A stretch of 64,000 nucleotides of DNA from Phoronis australis (GCA_002633005.1 NMRA01000455.1:48652-112651); one strand, 5' to 3'; numbered from the stretch's first letter, positions 39,901 to 52,200 are shown. Made by a program: numbers and translations. The notes: generated by a model from the sequence alone, not told the origin.

Positions 39901-42900
39901 CGAAGGTCATATTTATGTAAGTGAGATAGTACCACATGGATCACACTGTAAACTTAACTTTTTGTTTGATGCGTGTTATCAATTATATATTCAATGATTG
40001 GTGTAATACGATGATCCAAAATATGTTGTCCAAACGTTACCATTTGAGGAGAAATGGTAGATACTTAACTACTGATAAGTGTCAATCTGCAGCCAATAAT
40101 ATTTAACAATTGCTAAATGATATTGTAATGTCACTGGTCACACTACGTTGCATGCTAGCTAAGAATAGTCTCATTTGAATTATTTTACTCATAGAAACAC
40201 GATTATATGTTTTCTAAATAATTAAAGTTGGAGAGAATAATTAAACCAATTTACAAAAAACTTCGGAAAACATATAACATCTACAACGTCTTAAAACCAT
40301 AAAACCTGTTTTTCAGACGTTTTATTACTACAAGAGAGCCGCGGACACGGCCATCCGAGTTCTCTTTCTAGCCAATATCTACATGTATCCGGATGGGGTG
40401 CTGCGCTACAGTGTTCGGTTTGACGGCCATGATTGCTCGAGTCCTGGTGCTATAGACGGTATTTACAGTCACCTGGATGCAAATGCTCCTGATGCCACTT
40501 ATGATGGCACAGGGGGGAGTAAGTAATGGTTCGGATGTCAATCATACTCGACCGAAGGCTTCTTACAGGCATTGTCGACTTTTTTGATATTTCCAAAGCA
40601 CAATTTAGTTGCGTAACAACACCGCGTGAATTAAGAGTGTTTTAAAAATTGAAACGACGAAGCTTTCAGTGATTCAGCTGGCTAAAATCACGAAAATCGA
40701 ATTGAGCTTTTTACATTCACAAAGTTGGTCCGCAACATTCATTACGGTGCTATGACTTGACCACACCTAAAGGCCTCATTAGATTTTCGTTTTTCAGCCA
40801 GCAACAGAGGACAATAGTCCACTTTTAATAACACGGGCTTCATAGCAGGCATTTGTGTTTTCAGCCACACAAACAGGGCGAAATTCAATATTAATTGCTC
40901 AGAGTACACTCGGAAGCAGCTCGAACATGTATTGCGTTGTTCTAAAAGGTTCCGGTTTTGGTTTGCAGCTAGTGAAGAAATATCTTGACACACAGCAAAT
41001 AACGTTTCACAAGTGTTTAGATAGTGACGGAAATTCTTTTTATGCAGTTGATGGTCTGTGCAATAACATAGCAGCAGGACGGAGATCTATTGAGATTCAT
41101 ATCTCCAGACCCCAAGGCAGCATGGATGGTTACACTGGCTGGAATCAGAGAAACAGGGTTATTGTCGAGGAGATCCGCTATGACCTTGACGTCAGCGCAG
41201 GTAATTACGGCAGTTGTCGTATTCTATGCAATATTATCGCGCTGGTAATGCAACCATGGGTCATATCACCTAAAATTGTAGGTAGAGATTTTGGACTGCT
41301 GGTGTGGTAAGGCCGCAAGACGTTTTGATTACCGTTATCTGGCGGAGTCGTGCCTAACTCATAAAATAGTGCACAGCGAAGTTCAACCCAGATGCTGTAT
41401 TCAGGATTAACCTTTGCTGCAGTTGTGGTTTATCAAGGTAAGGTTTATACCATGAGTTACTACACTTAAACATTTAGAGTTTATGGGATTTTAAACGGAT
41501 GGACAAGATACGTGTACTTCACGTTCATGCGTATCCACGCTAAGTGAAGCATAATTCTATTGATGGCGCAGGTTAAACTTGTTGCCAAGTTACACGTTTT
41601 AGTAAAAAGGACTCAGAATCTAGAGTAAATAAGTGGTACTACAAACTCACCAGGGGCGGAACTACAGTTTGAACTTGAAGGAACGTCAGCTGAGTGGTAT
41701 GCCTGTTCTAAAGCCATAAGCCAAAGCAACCACACGGTTTGGCAAATCGACAAATTTACCACTTGGAAACCCAAGGAATTCAAGGGGCAGCTACGGCTTT
41801 TGAAGGAGAATGGTGTCTCGCCTTCTCAAAACAACATGCCAGCAAAGATGTTGTTTGCTGTCCTTGACGGGGGCCTAAAGTCGCCTATGCACGCGTGGTT
41901 GATAAAACTGAAATTCCAAGGTACAAAATTATTGCGTAAACCATGTTATGTCGTTCGAAGCTTTTCAAATACATTGGGAAGTATCACAGAATTGGCAAAC
42001 TTAGACGTATTCCTAATCATAAAACATAGTACGTATATAGACCCTAGGGCGATTCCCCAAGCATTCAAACAAAGTCTTGAATCAAGAACTCTTGTCTTTT
42101 CAATTACAAATCCATAACTTTAGTTGATTAGTTGGTTATCCCACATTGTTGCACCTTACATAAAGACTGTTAGCTGGTCTTAAACCTCCTTAGTTTTCTC
42201 ACAGGGCTCTTTGAGTGGGCACTTTCGGGGCTCTATTTTCTGTTTTGTACAGTGTGAACATTCATTTAAGCAAATATAAGAAAATTTTGTAGCGTAGAAA
42301 ATAATAATTTCACTCGGCACATACTGAGCCACAACACCACGTTCCTTACAATAGATGTATCTCTTTTTATCACTCCGGCTGGTCTGCTCACTCAGCTTGC
42401 CCTGAACAATGCTTTGCAGGTTGTTATAGCCCAGTTGGCTGTTTAGTGTACCCACTTGGTACTTTATACGATATTTGCCCATTTGGCAGTTTGTACCCGC
42501 TTGGTACTTGTTATTGAATTTGCCGTTTTGCTCGACCCGGTTGGTAGGCAATCGGCCAATACCCATTTGGTATTATGTACCCATTTGGTACTATGCTAAC
42601 CTGTGCCACTTAGCATCCGATACTCAATTGTACTTTGGGTATCGGAAATGTGTGCGTTATCTCTTGTAATTAAGGAACCCATCTGGTTCCTTCTGTGAAA
42701 TATTTATTTGTAGAGCTGTGACCCTGAAATTCCCAATACAACTTAAAATATACATTATTCTTGTTGTTTTATTTGTCCCCAATAATTTCACCTGAACGAT
42801 TTGGATTTGTCGTATGCAGCAGTCAGATCGGGCCAAGTACGTAGTTGTTTTAACATTCTTAAAAGAATGTTAAATCAAACGTACATGTATCGAAATGACA

Positions 42901-45900
42901 TGCAGTTAACCTTACTCTATTGCATTTTTGGTAACAGTCGTAACCCGTGACGGTAGCGTCCAGCGATTGCCTGAATACAACTTTCACCAGTGGTGGTGGT
43001 GGGCGGTGAACGACGGCACAGACAGTGGACATATAGGAAGTATTGTGAGTATCGGAAGGATTTTCTTCTTGTCCTTCTTTCTTTGTAATTGGCATCATTA
43101 TTATAAGCAGTATATTTCTTGGGACAACTATCATTACTTTTGTTATTGGCTTTATTATTACTACTGAAGTTTTTAGTCTTAGTTAGATGGAAGACTTACA
43201 AAAGTGATACTCATGAATAGGTGATATCTCATCGTAAATAAGATCCGTAATTGTCGTAGTTACAAGTTGCTATCAATTAGGAACTAGCGGCGTGAAACCA
43301 TGTCAACGGGTTCTCTGTTATTCGTTAATACTCAAGAGCAGGTCCTGTTTTACCAAAATGCTGTAACTTTGCTATGTAAAAGAAGTTTAATAAAACACCT
43401 CGCAGGCGATTAATAGAATCTTACAAAGGCAGAGAGGAGGTTCAAGCAAAACGATACATGTAGGTTTCCGAAGAATAATCTATTGTGCGGCAGACACAGT
43501 GCGCATAAAACCGCGTTATGGAATTGAATGTCGTGATCTCTTCGGCCAGCGCTCCATAGGAAGGATACAATAAAAATCGTGCACTTTCCACCGTGTTTTT
43601 GTTTGCCGATATGGCTAAAAAGAGGCACTGGGTCCGTTCCCTGGATTTCCCGACATGCATGCATTGATTTGATCACGAAAGCAGAGTCTCTTTAAGATGC
43701 TTGACGTGTTCGTGTCCTTTGACGTCACCTTTTGTAGAACTAAAGGACGAGGGACATTTTGTTTGCGTTCATCAGCAAGTCACTAAATTGTTCCTTTTAA
43801 AGACTCAGTGGTTTTACACACGAGTTAGCCGATCAAAGTATAAAGTATCTACCATTCAATACATGCATTGTACAGTTTGCAGGTATCACTCTCTCTGACT
43901 TCCCTGATAGCATGTGAATCCCTTAGTAAACAGCTCTTCAACGACGATTTTCATTGTCTATCTGCTACAACTTTTTACAACGGATGTCACCTTACGCATG
44001 GTTACAAAGTAAAAAAATCTAGTTGACCGAATGTCGAATCTCTCTGGAGATGCCCATTTGAATCGTGAAATTATTAGCAAATTGGGATGCAAGGAATGTA
44101 ATTACAGATTCTGCATTACTATATAAAAACTACCACGGCTAAATACTGAATATATGTTTTCAGTTCCTATTCTTCAATTTCATTTCACACATTTTCATGA
44201 ATTAAAATCGTCAGGCTTAGCCACATGAAACCCTAATCGACAGTTGAACCTTAAACAGCCTGGTATGGCCAGTTACGCGTATGAAGCGAGTTACTGGAAA
44301 CAGCAAATGAATATTTGCCAGTATTCCGATAGCTCGAACTCCGAACATGTTAAAGCTACAGTTGTATACGGTTGATGAATGAAGCACCAGGGGAGTGAAT
44401 GAATGCATTTTGCCTAAATCAGAACCAGTAGTTTGCCATTAAATCATTGACGGAAGGCTCGGTCTTGTTACAGGCGATGCTAAAAAAACGATTGGAAATC
44501 GCCGCAGACTGTTTCCTTCAGTGTTGTAACTGCAAGTTGTAAAACTAGTCAAATTGATGAAGAAATGTACCAGGATCCAGATTTGTTGTGTACTAAAAGG
44601 CCAGAAGATCACAAAACTTTTGTAATTATAATTACACCCCCACGAACCTCACCCCTCCCCCGGTGGACACGCTATTCACTAATCTTGACACCCCCGTTGT
44701 TTTACCTTCCTCCTGGTAACTTCACTGTAATCGCTGAAACTGTGTTTCCCAATTACCTCTTCCCCAATATGGATAATGCAGCTTTCAAGTGGGCCCTGAG
44801 GCATTCACAAGAGCTTGGTAATTTCTTTGCCTTTAAGTTTTCTCGGACGTGAATGCAACTTGTGTACATGTGCAGATTTGGTCATCCGACTTTTTATTTT
44901 GAGAATTATTATCTGGGTGACTGAAGTTGGCACATGTGTTGACATCTGGGCAGGTGTTGTTTCACCCATAGATTCGAAGTCATGATAACTGAGTGCTCAT
45001 TTCTCAATCATGTCGCATCAAACACCGAAAAAGTACCATTTTTATTACGAAACAACCTCGACTAAATTGCAGAATAATGCTGGTAAGATGTTTATGGTCA
45101 CCTCCACACTTTCTATAGTACCCTCAGAAAAAACTAGGAGGAAAAATTAAAGCCCAAGTGGGTGAAGTAACTGACAAGGCTCAGAACACCAATCTCTAAC
45201 CATGTCCCTTGTTCCAAATAATGTAGGTCGAATATCCCAGTATGTGCGAACGCGAATGTTCTATTCGGAATGTACCGCTCAGATGGTCGTACTGTGACAT
45301 CTACAGTAAATCCCCTTCGAATTATACATGTACATAAATTCATTGAAGATGTTGTGATTTCACCTCCTGTTCAAATACTAACTTTTGATTTTGACCACCA
45401 GATGGCTTCACAATCCTTAAGTAGTCCTTTAGTTAGTGGGCTTTGAGGACCTGAACGTTTGTTTTTGCTTGCGGCCATGTTTACTGTACAATGACCCGCC
45501 TTGTCAAGTCTACTTATCATAAGCAAAAACGATTTTCAAGCCAAGCCCAAAGATTACTGTCTTCTAATATAAGTTAGGGAAGCTTGGAACCACTGTCATA
45601 ATGGCACGTGGTAGTTCTAAAATATAACTTAAGTTTTTTGAGTTGTTGCATTGACATTAACCGTTATCATAGGCGCATCACGGGGTCAAGGGGTGCGGAC
45701 CACCTAATTTCCTCTTAATTTTAGTCACATCAAATCTAGAATTTTTCACGTTGATGACTTATACCCCCTTTTAAAATTATCCTTGATCCGACCCCCCTTT
45801 CAAGAAATCCTGGATCCGCCCATGTTAACAAAGAAATCACTATTACAGTTCCAAATAGATTCATTTTGCAAACAGTGTTCCACTGAAAGGTTGTATTTTC

Positions 45901-48525
45901 TGCATGGATGGAACAATATATGGATCATGACTACTGGACTTAATATAAGACAAACTTTCCTAAGTGGCGGATCCACCTGGCTCATTCTTATGGGGACTAA
46001 TGGCAGTCTGGTGCCTGTGAAAATTTCGTCGCCTTTCCCCAGTGTTCAATAACAGCAACTCTAACGTAAAGTGGTTCATCTTATAGTAACTCCTACAGCC
46101 ATAATTTATGATTTTTGCAACAACTGTACTTGTTCACCTAGATATATAATACTATCCAACGAATAAAGTTTTCGGGTTCAACGACTTCCAGTCTAATGTC
46201 TTCTGTAAGGCTTATTACCCTAAAAAGTGGCGGTGTGAGGACACAACTCTAAGATGGGCGACATTTTGATGGAGGCCCTCAGCAGTTGATCATATTTTGA
46301 CCACTCTGAATGTCTAAAGAGCTTGGTACATGTTCTTTTCAAACCTAGCAGAGTTGCATTTCGCTTCGAACGTTCTGTTAAGTGACTTTATGTGGCTAAT
46401 TGCGTGTTCCCCATTCGGTCTTCACTGACTTATCTGAAATCAAATATCTAGTTACAATTTTACCGAATGCACATACATTATCACAACTCCATTGCTAGTG
46501 ACAGGAAATAACTGAGTGTACTTACTTCTTACACAGTCGGTCACATATAACAAGAAATCATCTCAAAGTCTGTTGGCTGTACTGTTTAACGGTTCCTTGC
46601 GACAATGGGAATCGTCTCATGACACACCCGGATGCGCTCGCTGGTACCTGACCTTTAACGGAGCCGAATGTACGACGCCTGGAACCATTGCTACGATTGT
46701 CTATCAAAGAGTGCTGCACACAACAGATAATGTTGATGATGACCAGCACCATACGTCAACATGTAAGTATCATTGTAAGGGATTTGCTTAAAACGGCTGT
46801 GCTGTATCTCATAAAATTTGAAGGTATGTTTTTCCACTTTGGCTTTCCAAGAATCGGGATCTTCTATCGCCGGTAATCATTCACAGTTCACGGACCCAGC
46901 ATAGTTCCCAAACCAGGGTTTTGTGGAGGGAATGTTACAAGGTGTGGTCCGAAGCTCATTCTTCTTTCGAAGGGTTTGGAATTATGGGGGTGAATTTCCA
47001 TACAAGTGAATATCTCAACGTTATCCAACAAATTTGAATGGCTGGTACTGTCAAATCTTTTGTATACATGCACGTCAGTCGTGTCGGAGGGACAGGGATA
47101 GTTGGGTAGGCTGCAGGGAGGGAGGGGGAGGAAAGGACGGAGGACGAGGGGAATTCTGGACACAGTTGGTGGGAAGGAGGGAGTCTCGATAAACATAAAA
47201 ACAAGCTCCGTGACTGTGCAAAAATTTCTAGAAAAGCCTTGGAAAGGGAGTTGATTTCTTAACATACACGCATTTTATTCCCAGTTTGTGAAACAAAAAA
47301 ACTTTTGATCATGCGAAATCGAAGATATCAGATATTCAGTAAACATATCTCAGTAACAATCTCCCGACACTGCGGACCCAATGAAAAATGAAATTCACTT
47401 ACTCCCACCATGAGAAAATTGCACGTTAGGCTGACATTGTTGTACATTAAAAAATATTTGAATGACTACAGGCGTATGAAGCCTAGGTGAGAAGGCAAAT
47501 GACACCAATGCTTGAAATTAGCAGCAAGTGCCCACAAATTATTGGACAGAGACGTAAACGTGTGTAATAAGCGTGAGGAGGACCGACCGACGGTACGTGC
47601 CCTGTGCAGGCCCAAATTTTCTCAATGTCCCAATTGTCACAACTTCAACTTTGTGAAAACTTCGGTCAGGTATGCAGGCAAACTTTGTCATAATTTGCCA
47701 AAATTATCGCAGCAATTTTTGTTTTGAGATAAGACCACTTTTATGAATCGCACAAGGGCAATATTCCCGACATATAACGGTAACATATCAGAAATGTTCA
47801 ACCGATGAATTCCACCAAGAGTAACATAATTTCTATTGCAGATCTTCATTAGGATTTTGATCATTATTTCTTGGAGATATTTTCAGTCTTATTTTACTGA
47901 TGATTGAGTTATTTCAGCAATTTGTTCTCTGTGCTCAGAGTAACTTGTTCACTGGACATTCGTGACATATTGGTTCAAGTAATTCGTACGAAACTCACCA
48001 TTTCATGTGTGCCCCACGGACAACCACTCGAAACTCAGAAACCATTTTTATTGACGGATTTTGAACCTTCAGTTAAATGGAATTAATGAAATGAATCCTG
48101 ATTTTTGGTCTCATTTTCACCTTCCATAATTGGCGAAACTGTAACCGAAACTTACATTGGAGGTTGTTTGGTTCTTGATGATGGTTCCTGGCTAACAGCA
48201 GAGTCAGATGAATGGGAAGTCACTCAATGCAACCAATGCCTCTTCGACTCAGGAGGTTTTCACGCAGCGCCAGTTATCGGTAGCCCAAATTAACACAGCA
48301 CTATTTGCTGTTAGGAGTTTTATTTAAGTGGAAAAACAGATCAGCTCAGCGGAAGTGATCAAGACTTCTTCTTTTTCAGTTGGCGGGTTCTGCGACCTTC
48401 CAGCAGGAAGCTACAACATAAGGCTCTACGTGCAGACGTGTCCCGGTTACAGTTACAATGAAGCTTACACCTGCTGGGATTCCAGCTGTCGTCTGGTGGT
48501 CAACGAAGTGTTTATAGTGAACTAA
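30521..48525 (+). CDS. Gene B, complete 677-aa secreted protein SP-PAN/Apple-Cys module-CTHRC1C-FN2-CTHRC1C-CTHRC1C; join(30521..30904,32594..32705,34602..34696,36261..36459,37041..37199,37861..38028,39834..39916,40317..40518,41048..41200,42938..43044,46537..46762,48380..48525)
   Basis: Twelve exons with AG/GT junctions sum to 2034 nt in one open frame from ATG to TAA. Hydrophobic N-terminal signal; no transmembrane segment seen. Confidence 0.9.
32594..32705 (+). CDS. Gene B exon 2 (small 5-Cys module)
   Basis: tag|GNTNNKADPSTECSNANCVDGDQACMKDCDNNVGVCV|gtacgg; phase 0-1 bridges exon 1 to exon 3 exactly. Confidence 0.75.
34602..34696 (+). CDS. Gene B exon 3
   Basis: APFKECDEVPVANIRHYYYANFASGTDSGTVM|gtaagt. 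Confidence 0.88.
34875..35410 (-). mobile_element. Decayed PIF/Harbinger-like transposase fragment with a palindrome-rich terminal region
   Basis: Minus strand SSVDA..QGKRSD and RCLSRR..HEMSFDLRRGF loosely resemble Harbinger DDE motifs; many gtcggc/gccgac inverted repeats at 35220-35400. Confidence 0.35.
36261..36459 (+). CDS. Gene B exon 4
   Basis: TKTFKKQYSYTSLRVSFRG..CAGCCSRWFFTFNDQECSLPGKIE. Confidence 0.9.
37041..37199 (+). CDS. Gene B exon 5
   Basis: VDGICELEQAGDIVIKFNLGACSGY..DSQTGW..ITVEE. Confidence 0.9.
37861..38028 (+). CDS. Gene B exon 6 (fibronectin type II domain)
   Basis: TYGGNAGGSSCTFPFVYKGVSYSECT..PWCATTSDYDNNRIWGHCP. Confidence 0.92.
39834..39916 (+). CDS. Gene B exon 7
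   Basis: GKCPKLSRFNIKQYTWTGVEGSDEGHIY|gtaagt. Confidence 0.88.
40317..40518 (+). CDS. Gene B exon 8
   Basis: TFYYYKRAADTAIRVLFLANIYMYPDGVLRYSVRFDGHDCSSPGAIDGI..DGTGG; absent from the ORF track but aligns with gene A exon 8. Confidence 0.88.
41048..41200 (+). CDS. Gene B exon 9
   Basis: IDGLCNNIAAGRRSIEIHI..YTGWNQRNRVIVEEI. Confidence 0.9.
42428..42690. repeat. Cluster of short palindromic motifs (gtaCCCAnTTGGtac-like)
   Basis: About 8 degenerate copies at irregular spacing, plus the hairpin tccgatact..gggtatcgga. Confidence 0.55.
42938..43044 (+). CDS. Gene B exon 10
   Basis: VVTRDGSVQRLPEYNFHQWWWWAVNDGTDSGHIGSI|gtgagt. Confidence 0.88.
46537..46762 (+). CDS. Gene B exon 11
   Basis: SVTYNKKSSQSLLAVLFNGSLR..PGCARWYLTFNGAECTTPGTI. 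Confidence 0.9.
48380..48525 (+). CDS. Gene B exon 12 (stop)
   Basis: FGGFCDLPAGSYNIRLYVQTCPGYSYNEAYTCWDSSCRLVVNEVFIVN*. Confidence 0.9.
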
Positions 48526-50209
48526 CGAACGTGTAGGTTGAGCACGGTTGATAATTACCAAACTGCGGCGAAGTTTTATGTATTTGACAAAACGCTCGGC
48601 TACACAAAAGTAGGTGCAAGACTGCAAGAGTAAATAGGAATTTTTTGCGAGCATGGCTGAGATCTTACTTACTTATGGGGGGTTGTTCTTCTCGTCATCT
48701 GATGTATCTTTTTCGCCTGCAGCGAGAAAGGCAATTTACCTAAACTTTGTTTCTTTTTAGTTCAATTTAAATACATAAACATTAAGCTACTTTTTGTTGA
48801 TTTTGATTTATGACGATTGATGTTCAGAGTTTTGTTACGTTTGTTTTATTTCTACAGCTTGCTATTGGAGACAATCAGAGTCATGAGACGGTCATGCATT
48901 TCTAAATGTTTTATTATGACTTGCGGAAGCAGCGATAGTAGAGCACGTGCTACAAAATCATTTGGTCGAATTGTGAGGATCGTGATTTTAAACACGAGTT
49001 GGAAAGGGTTTTGTACGAGGACGCCAGCCCCCTTGACTTCCACGGGCCTGTAACAACAAGTGGTGTTATTTGGATATTAAACCATGTTTGATCGATGATT
49101 TTATTAAGAGTTACTTCCTTGTTCAGCTTAAGATCCCATCCTCATTGTGTTACAACATGGATTCGGTGGTTCCAAACACGTGACCTCTCCCTGCAGTTGT
49201 CTGCTAACCTGCAATCGCCAGACGCTTTCATAACACTTGCCGATTTAGCATATAGTTTGTAAGATGTCCAACTCAAATTAAAATTTTAAAGATTTGTGAA
49301 GGTCTACAGATCATTGTTTTGTTTGCGGGCTATAATCCTTTTCACATTTACTAATATTAATTCCTCACAACATTAGTTGAAATCTCATGTTAGGACATTC
49401 AGATACTAGAATGTATGCAAACAGTGTTTCTTTCCCACCTACCACATCGTGACGATACTAATTCATACAATCATATGATCCAAATGCCGGTCCTACTTCA
49501 TGGAATAAAAATCATCATTATATACTCAAGCTTACAATGTACACTGTAGCTCAGATATCCCATATTCATGCACAGATTCATTTACAAAATTAAGCTTTTT
49601 CATTATGCCTCAGGTGTTTACATGAGTCTCGTTCCGCGAATACACCGCTAGGGTGTGTTGTCCACTTCCGCAAGTTTGAAGTTTCGTACAAAATCTTGTA
49701 ACCCTCAGAACGGTCAACTTCACTTTATTATGTTCAGACAATTCGCGTGGTATTTTAAAAAAAAAATATTTATGTGCATTTACGCCTTTCTAAATTCCAT
49801 TATGGTCGGTCTACCAGCTCGCTCTTCTTTACGAGAACGCCACTTCTTTCATTACGGTTTGTTTAAGATTACACTGATAATTTCTAGTTTATAAGTTAAG
49901 AAAATGAAAAAACAGAGTAAGAGAAAATACATATGTCCGTCCAACATTGACTTTGACCTTATTCTTCACTGCAGTCAATGAGAATGGAAGTGAGTTAGAG
50001 TACTACGATCAACCTTATTTGCTGATATCGAGAAAGAAATGTGACGGCTAACATCGTACATGTAAGAAAATAATTGTGTTAATGTGATGGGTCTGATGTT
50101 AACCAAAACGCCCTTGCAGGATAAGATGGGGAGAAGTTTATATATTGTCGCACTTGACACATTTTCGCCGATCGACAACACATTATGTACCCTCTGCGAC
50201 AATATGAGC

Positions 50210-50640
50210 AGTGAATCTCACCTTGATTACTGCCTCCCGGTGTGGGGCGCTGCGTCCAACAAGATTATGAAACCCACATGTATCCAGGTTATCCAAAATA
50301 GGGCTGACCGGGTTATTCAGGGAGCTGGTGTAGAGAAATTTTCAGCATTAAAATACTGAAAACCTCCATACGGAGACTGGAATAATGAAAATACACGCAA
50401 GACGTAATATCCTACCAGCGTGTTGTATGTAAAAACGTTCTACACGTCAGTTCACGATGACTGGTAATCGCTGTATCACACAATGACTTCACAGGTTTCC
50501 AATTTCAATTTGCCGAAAACCCAAACTAAAACTGGAAATAACATTAACTTACAGCGGGACTTACTTACGGAACATCGTCCTTTTTGACGCTATGTTTTAA
50601 AAGAATTATCATAAGTCAATTTATTAAGAAGTATTCTACA
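50210..50640 (+). mobile_element. Decayed 3' fragment of a CR1/L2-group LINE ORF2
   Basis: SHLDYCLPVWG..IQVIQNRADRVI is a typical post-RT motif; later a degraded YSG..(W)N segment and AT-rich tail. Confidence 0.65.
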
Positions 50641-50899
50641 TGTATATGTATGTAACATACACCATGCCTTCAATATCCTTAGACTAACCTATGCATTTTA
50701 TCCATGTATGTACAAGATGTCTTGTACTTTTAGTAGTTAGTATTTATTATTTATTTAGTAATTACTTTTATTTATCATTGTTTTATCAGCCTTTCTATGT
50801 TAATTTCATATTCGTTATTTTTGCTAAGTCTTGTCTTTCATTTCTATTAGTCTGTTGAATACAAAGTTTGTCCCCTGGATTTTTTTCTGCTTTGGTCTG

Positions 50900-52200
50900 A
50901 CATGGAGTAGAGCGAACTTAACATAAGACTCAATTAAAACCTGCAGATGGAGCCCGCATCAATAAAGGGCAGTGGGACATTGGCCTCTAGAATCCTGGGA
51001 TTCTAGCCAGGAGAAAATAACCAGTAAACGACATGGTGCAACTACAAATTTCTTCGTACAGATTTCTTTGTATGCTGGACTGAACAAATGCTAGGTAAAG
51101 AATAACCATGTACCCATAATACAAACCATCTATATTTCAAATAGTTATACGTAACAAAGCTTGTTACATGAAATTCTCGGCTGCTTGCATCACCAGATGG
51201 CTGCTAGTGCGTGCATATGGGTTCCGCAGCTACTCCACAGTCATCGCCAACGTGCACTTAAAGCCAGCTATATGATCCTATGAATCACAGTCCAAGTCCC
51301 TCAGACATTAAACTTGTGGATAAAATCCTGTACACGTGTCCGTAACTACAGCATTACAACTTGGGGGTTTGGCCACACTAAGAAACACCAGACAACCCAG
51401 AAGCGAACCATTCGAAACAAATCTAATTCAAGTTATAATTTCTACATTCTACCCGAATGTAAGGAACCTCACCAACCTCTATTTCAAGCCATCTTTAAAT
51501 CTCAATTGCAACATTTTACGATAAATTCCTCAATAAACAACTGCCCTGATTATTTTAACTAATAACCTATTTAGTTAACAGATCTCATAAACACCACCCA
51601 GGCCCAGTAAAACTCTCACATACCAATCAATATGCTGCTGATATTCCGTTAATACAACCGAAAATTTAAATTCCCCATTCACCAATTTCTCGTCAAGAGC
51701 CTGTATCAGTTTCTAAATCCTTCAACTCATTAACTACAACAAAATGGCAGTTTCAGGTCTAAAAGTATCAAAACCACACACTTTGCAAGTATTCTCCAGT
51801 TTTATCACCAACTTCATAGTTAGCCAATATGATTCAATCGGTAATATTTCCAACTGCATGCTTCATCTGTAATAGTATCTGAAATTTTTTGTTAGCAAAA
51901 CACTGAGATTTGCCTTTCCACTCCTTGGTTTCTGTCGCGTGATTTGTTTAGCGCTGCTTCACTCAGTTATCTGCAGTGTGTCTCGTGCATTTTGTCTCAT
52001 CCTGTGTTGGCCGTTATAATAATTGCTATTGATTTTTCCATTTTCCATTTACTTATTGATGTATAGGAGGTTCCCTAATTTGATTTGCAATTATAAGGCA
52101 TTGTATGATGCCTTCATTTTAATAAATTAGTTACTCCCTCTCTCTCTCTACACTGCTCCTAAACTTAACTTCTGCTCATCAAGCTGCGAAATGTTGTTTT
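50900..52200 (-). mobile_element. Possible decayed LINE 5' region (ORF1 end and start of APE endonuclease)
   Basis: Minus strand LRITI*NIDGL near 51130-51165 resembles the APE start motif xxIxxWNIxGL; the rest is heavily degraded. Confidence 0.3.

Noticed and set aside
42428-42690. Palindromic repeats as a CRISPR-like array
   Set aside because: Short, degenerate and irregularly spaced; eukaryotic intron with no cas genes.
46888-47265. 125-aa minus-strand ORF
   Set aside because: Low-complexity tract plus at most a tiny LINE endonuclease-like remnant (EIFTCMEIHPHNSKPF).
30521-48525. Assigning the symbol CTHRC1
   Set aside because: It shares the C-terminal domain only; the architecture differs and orthology is not established.
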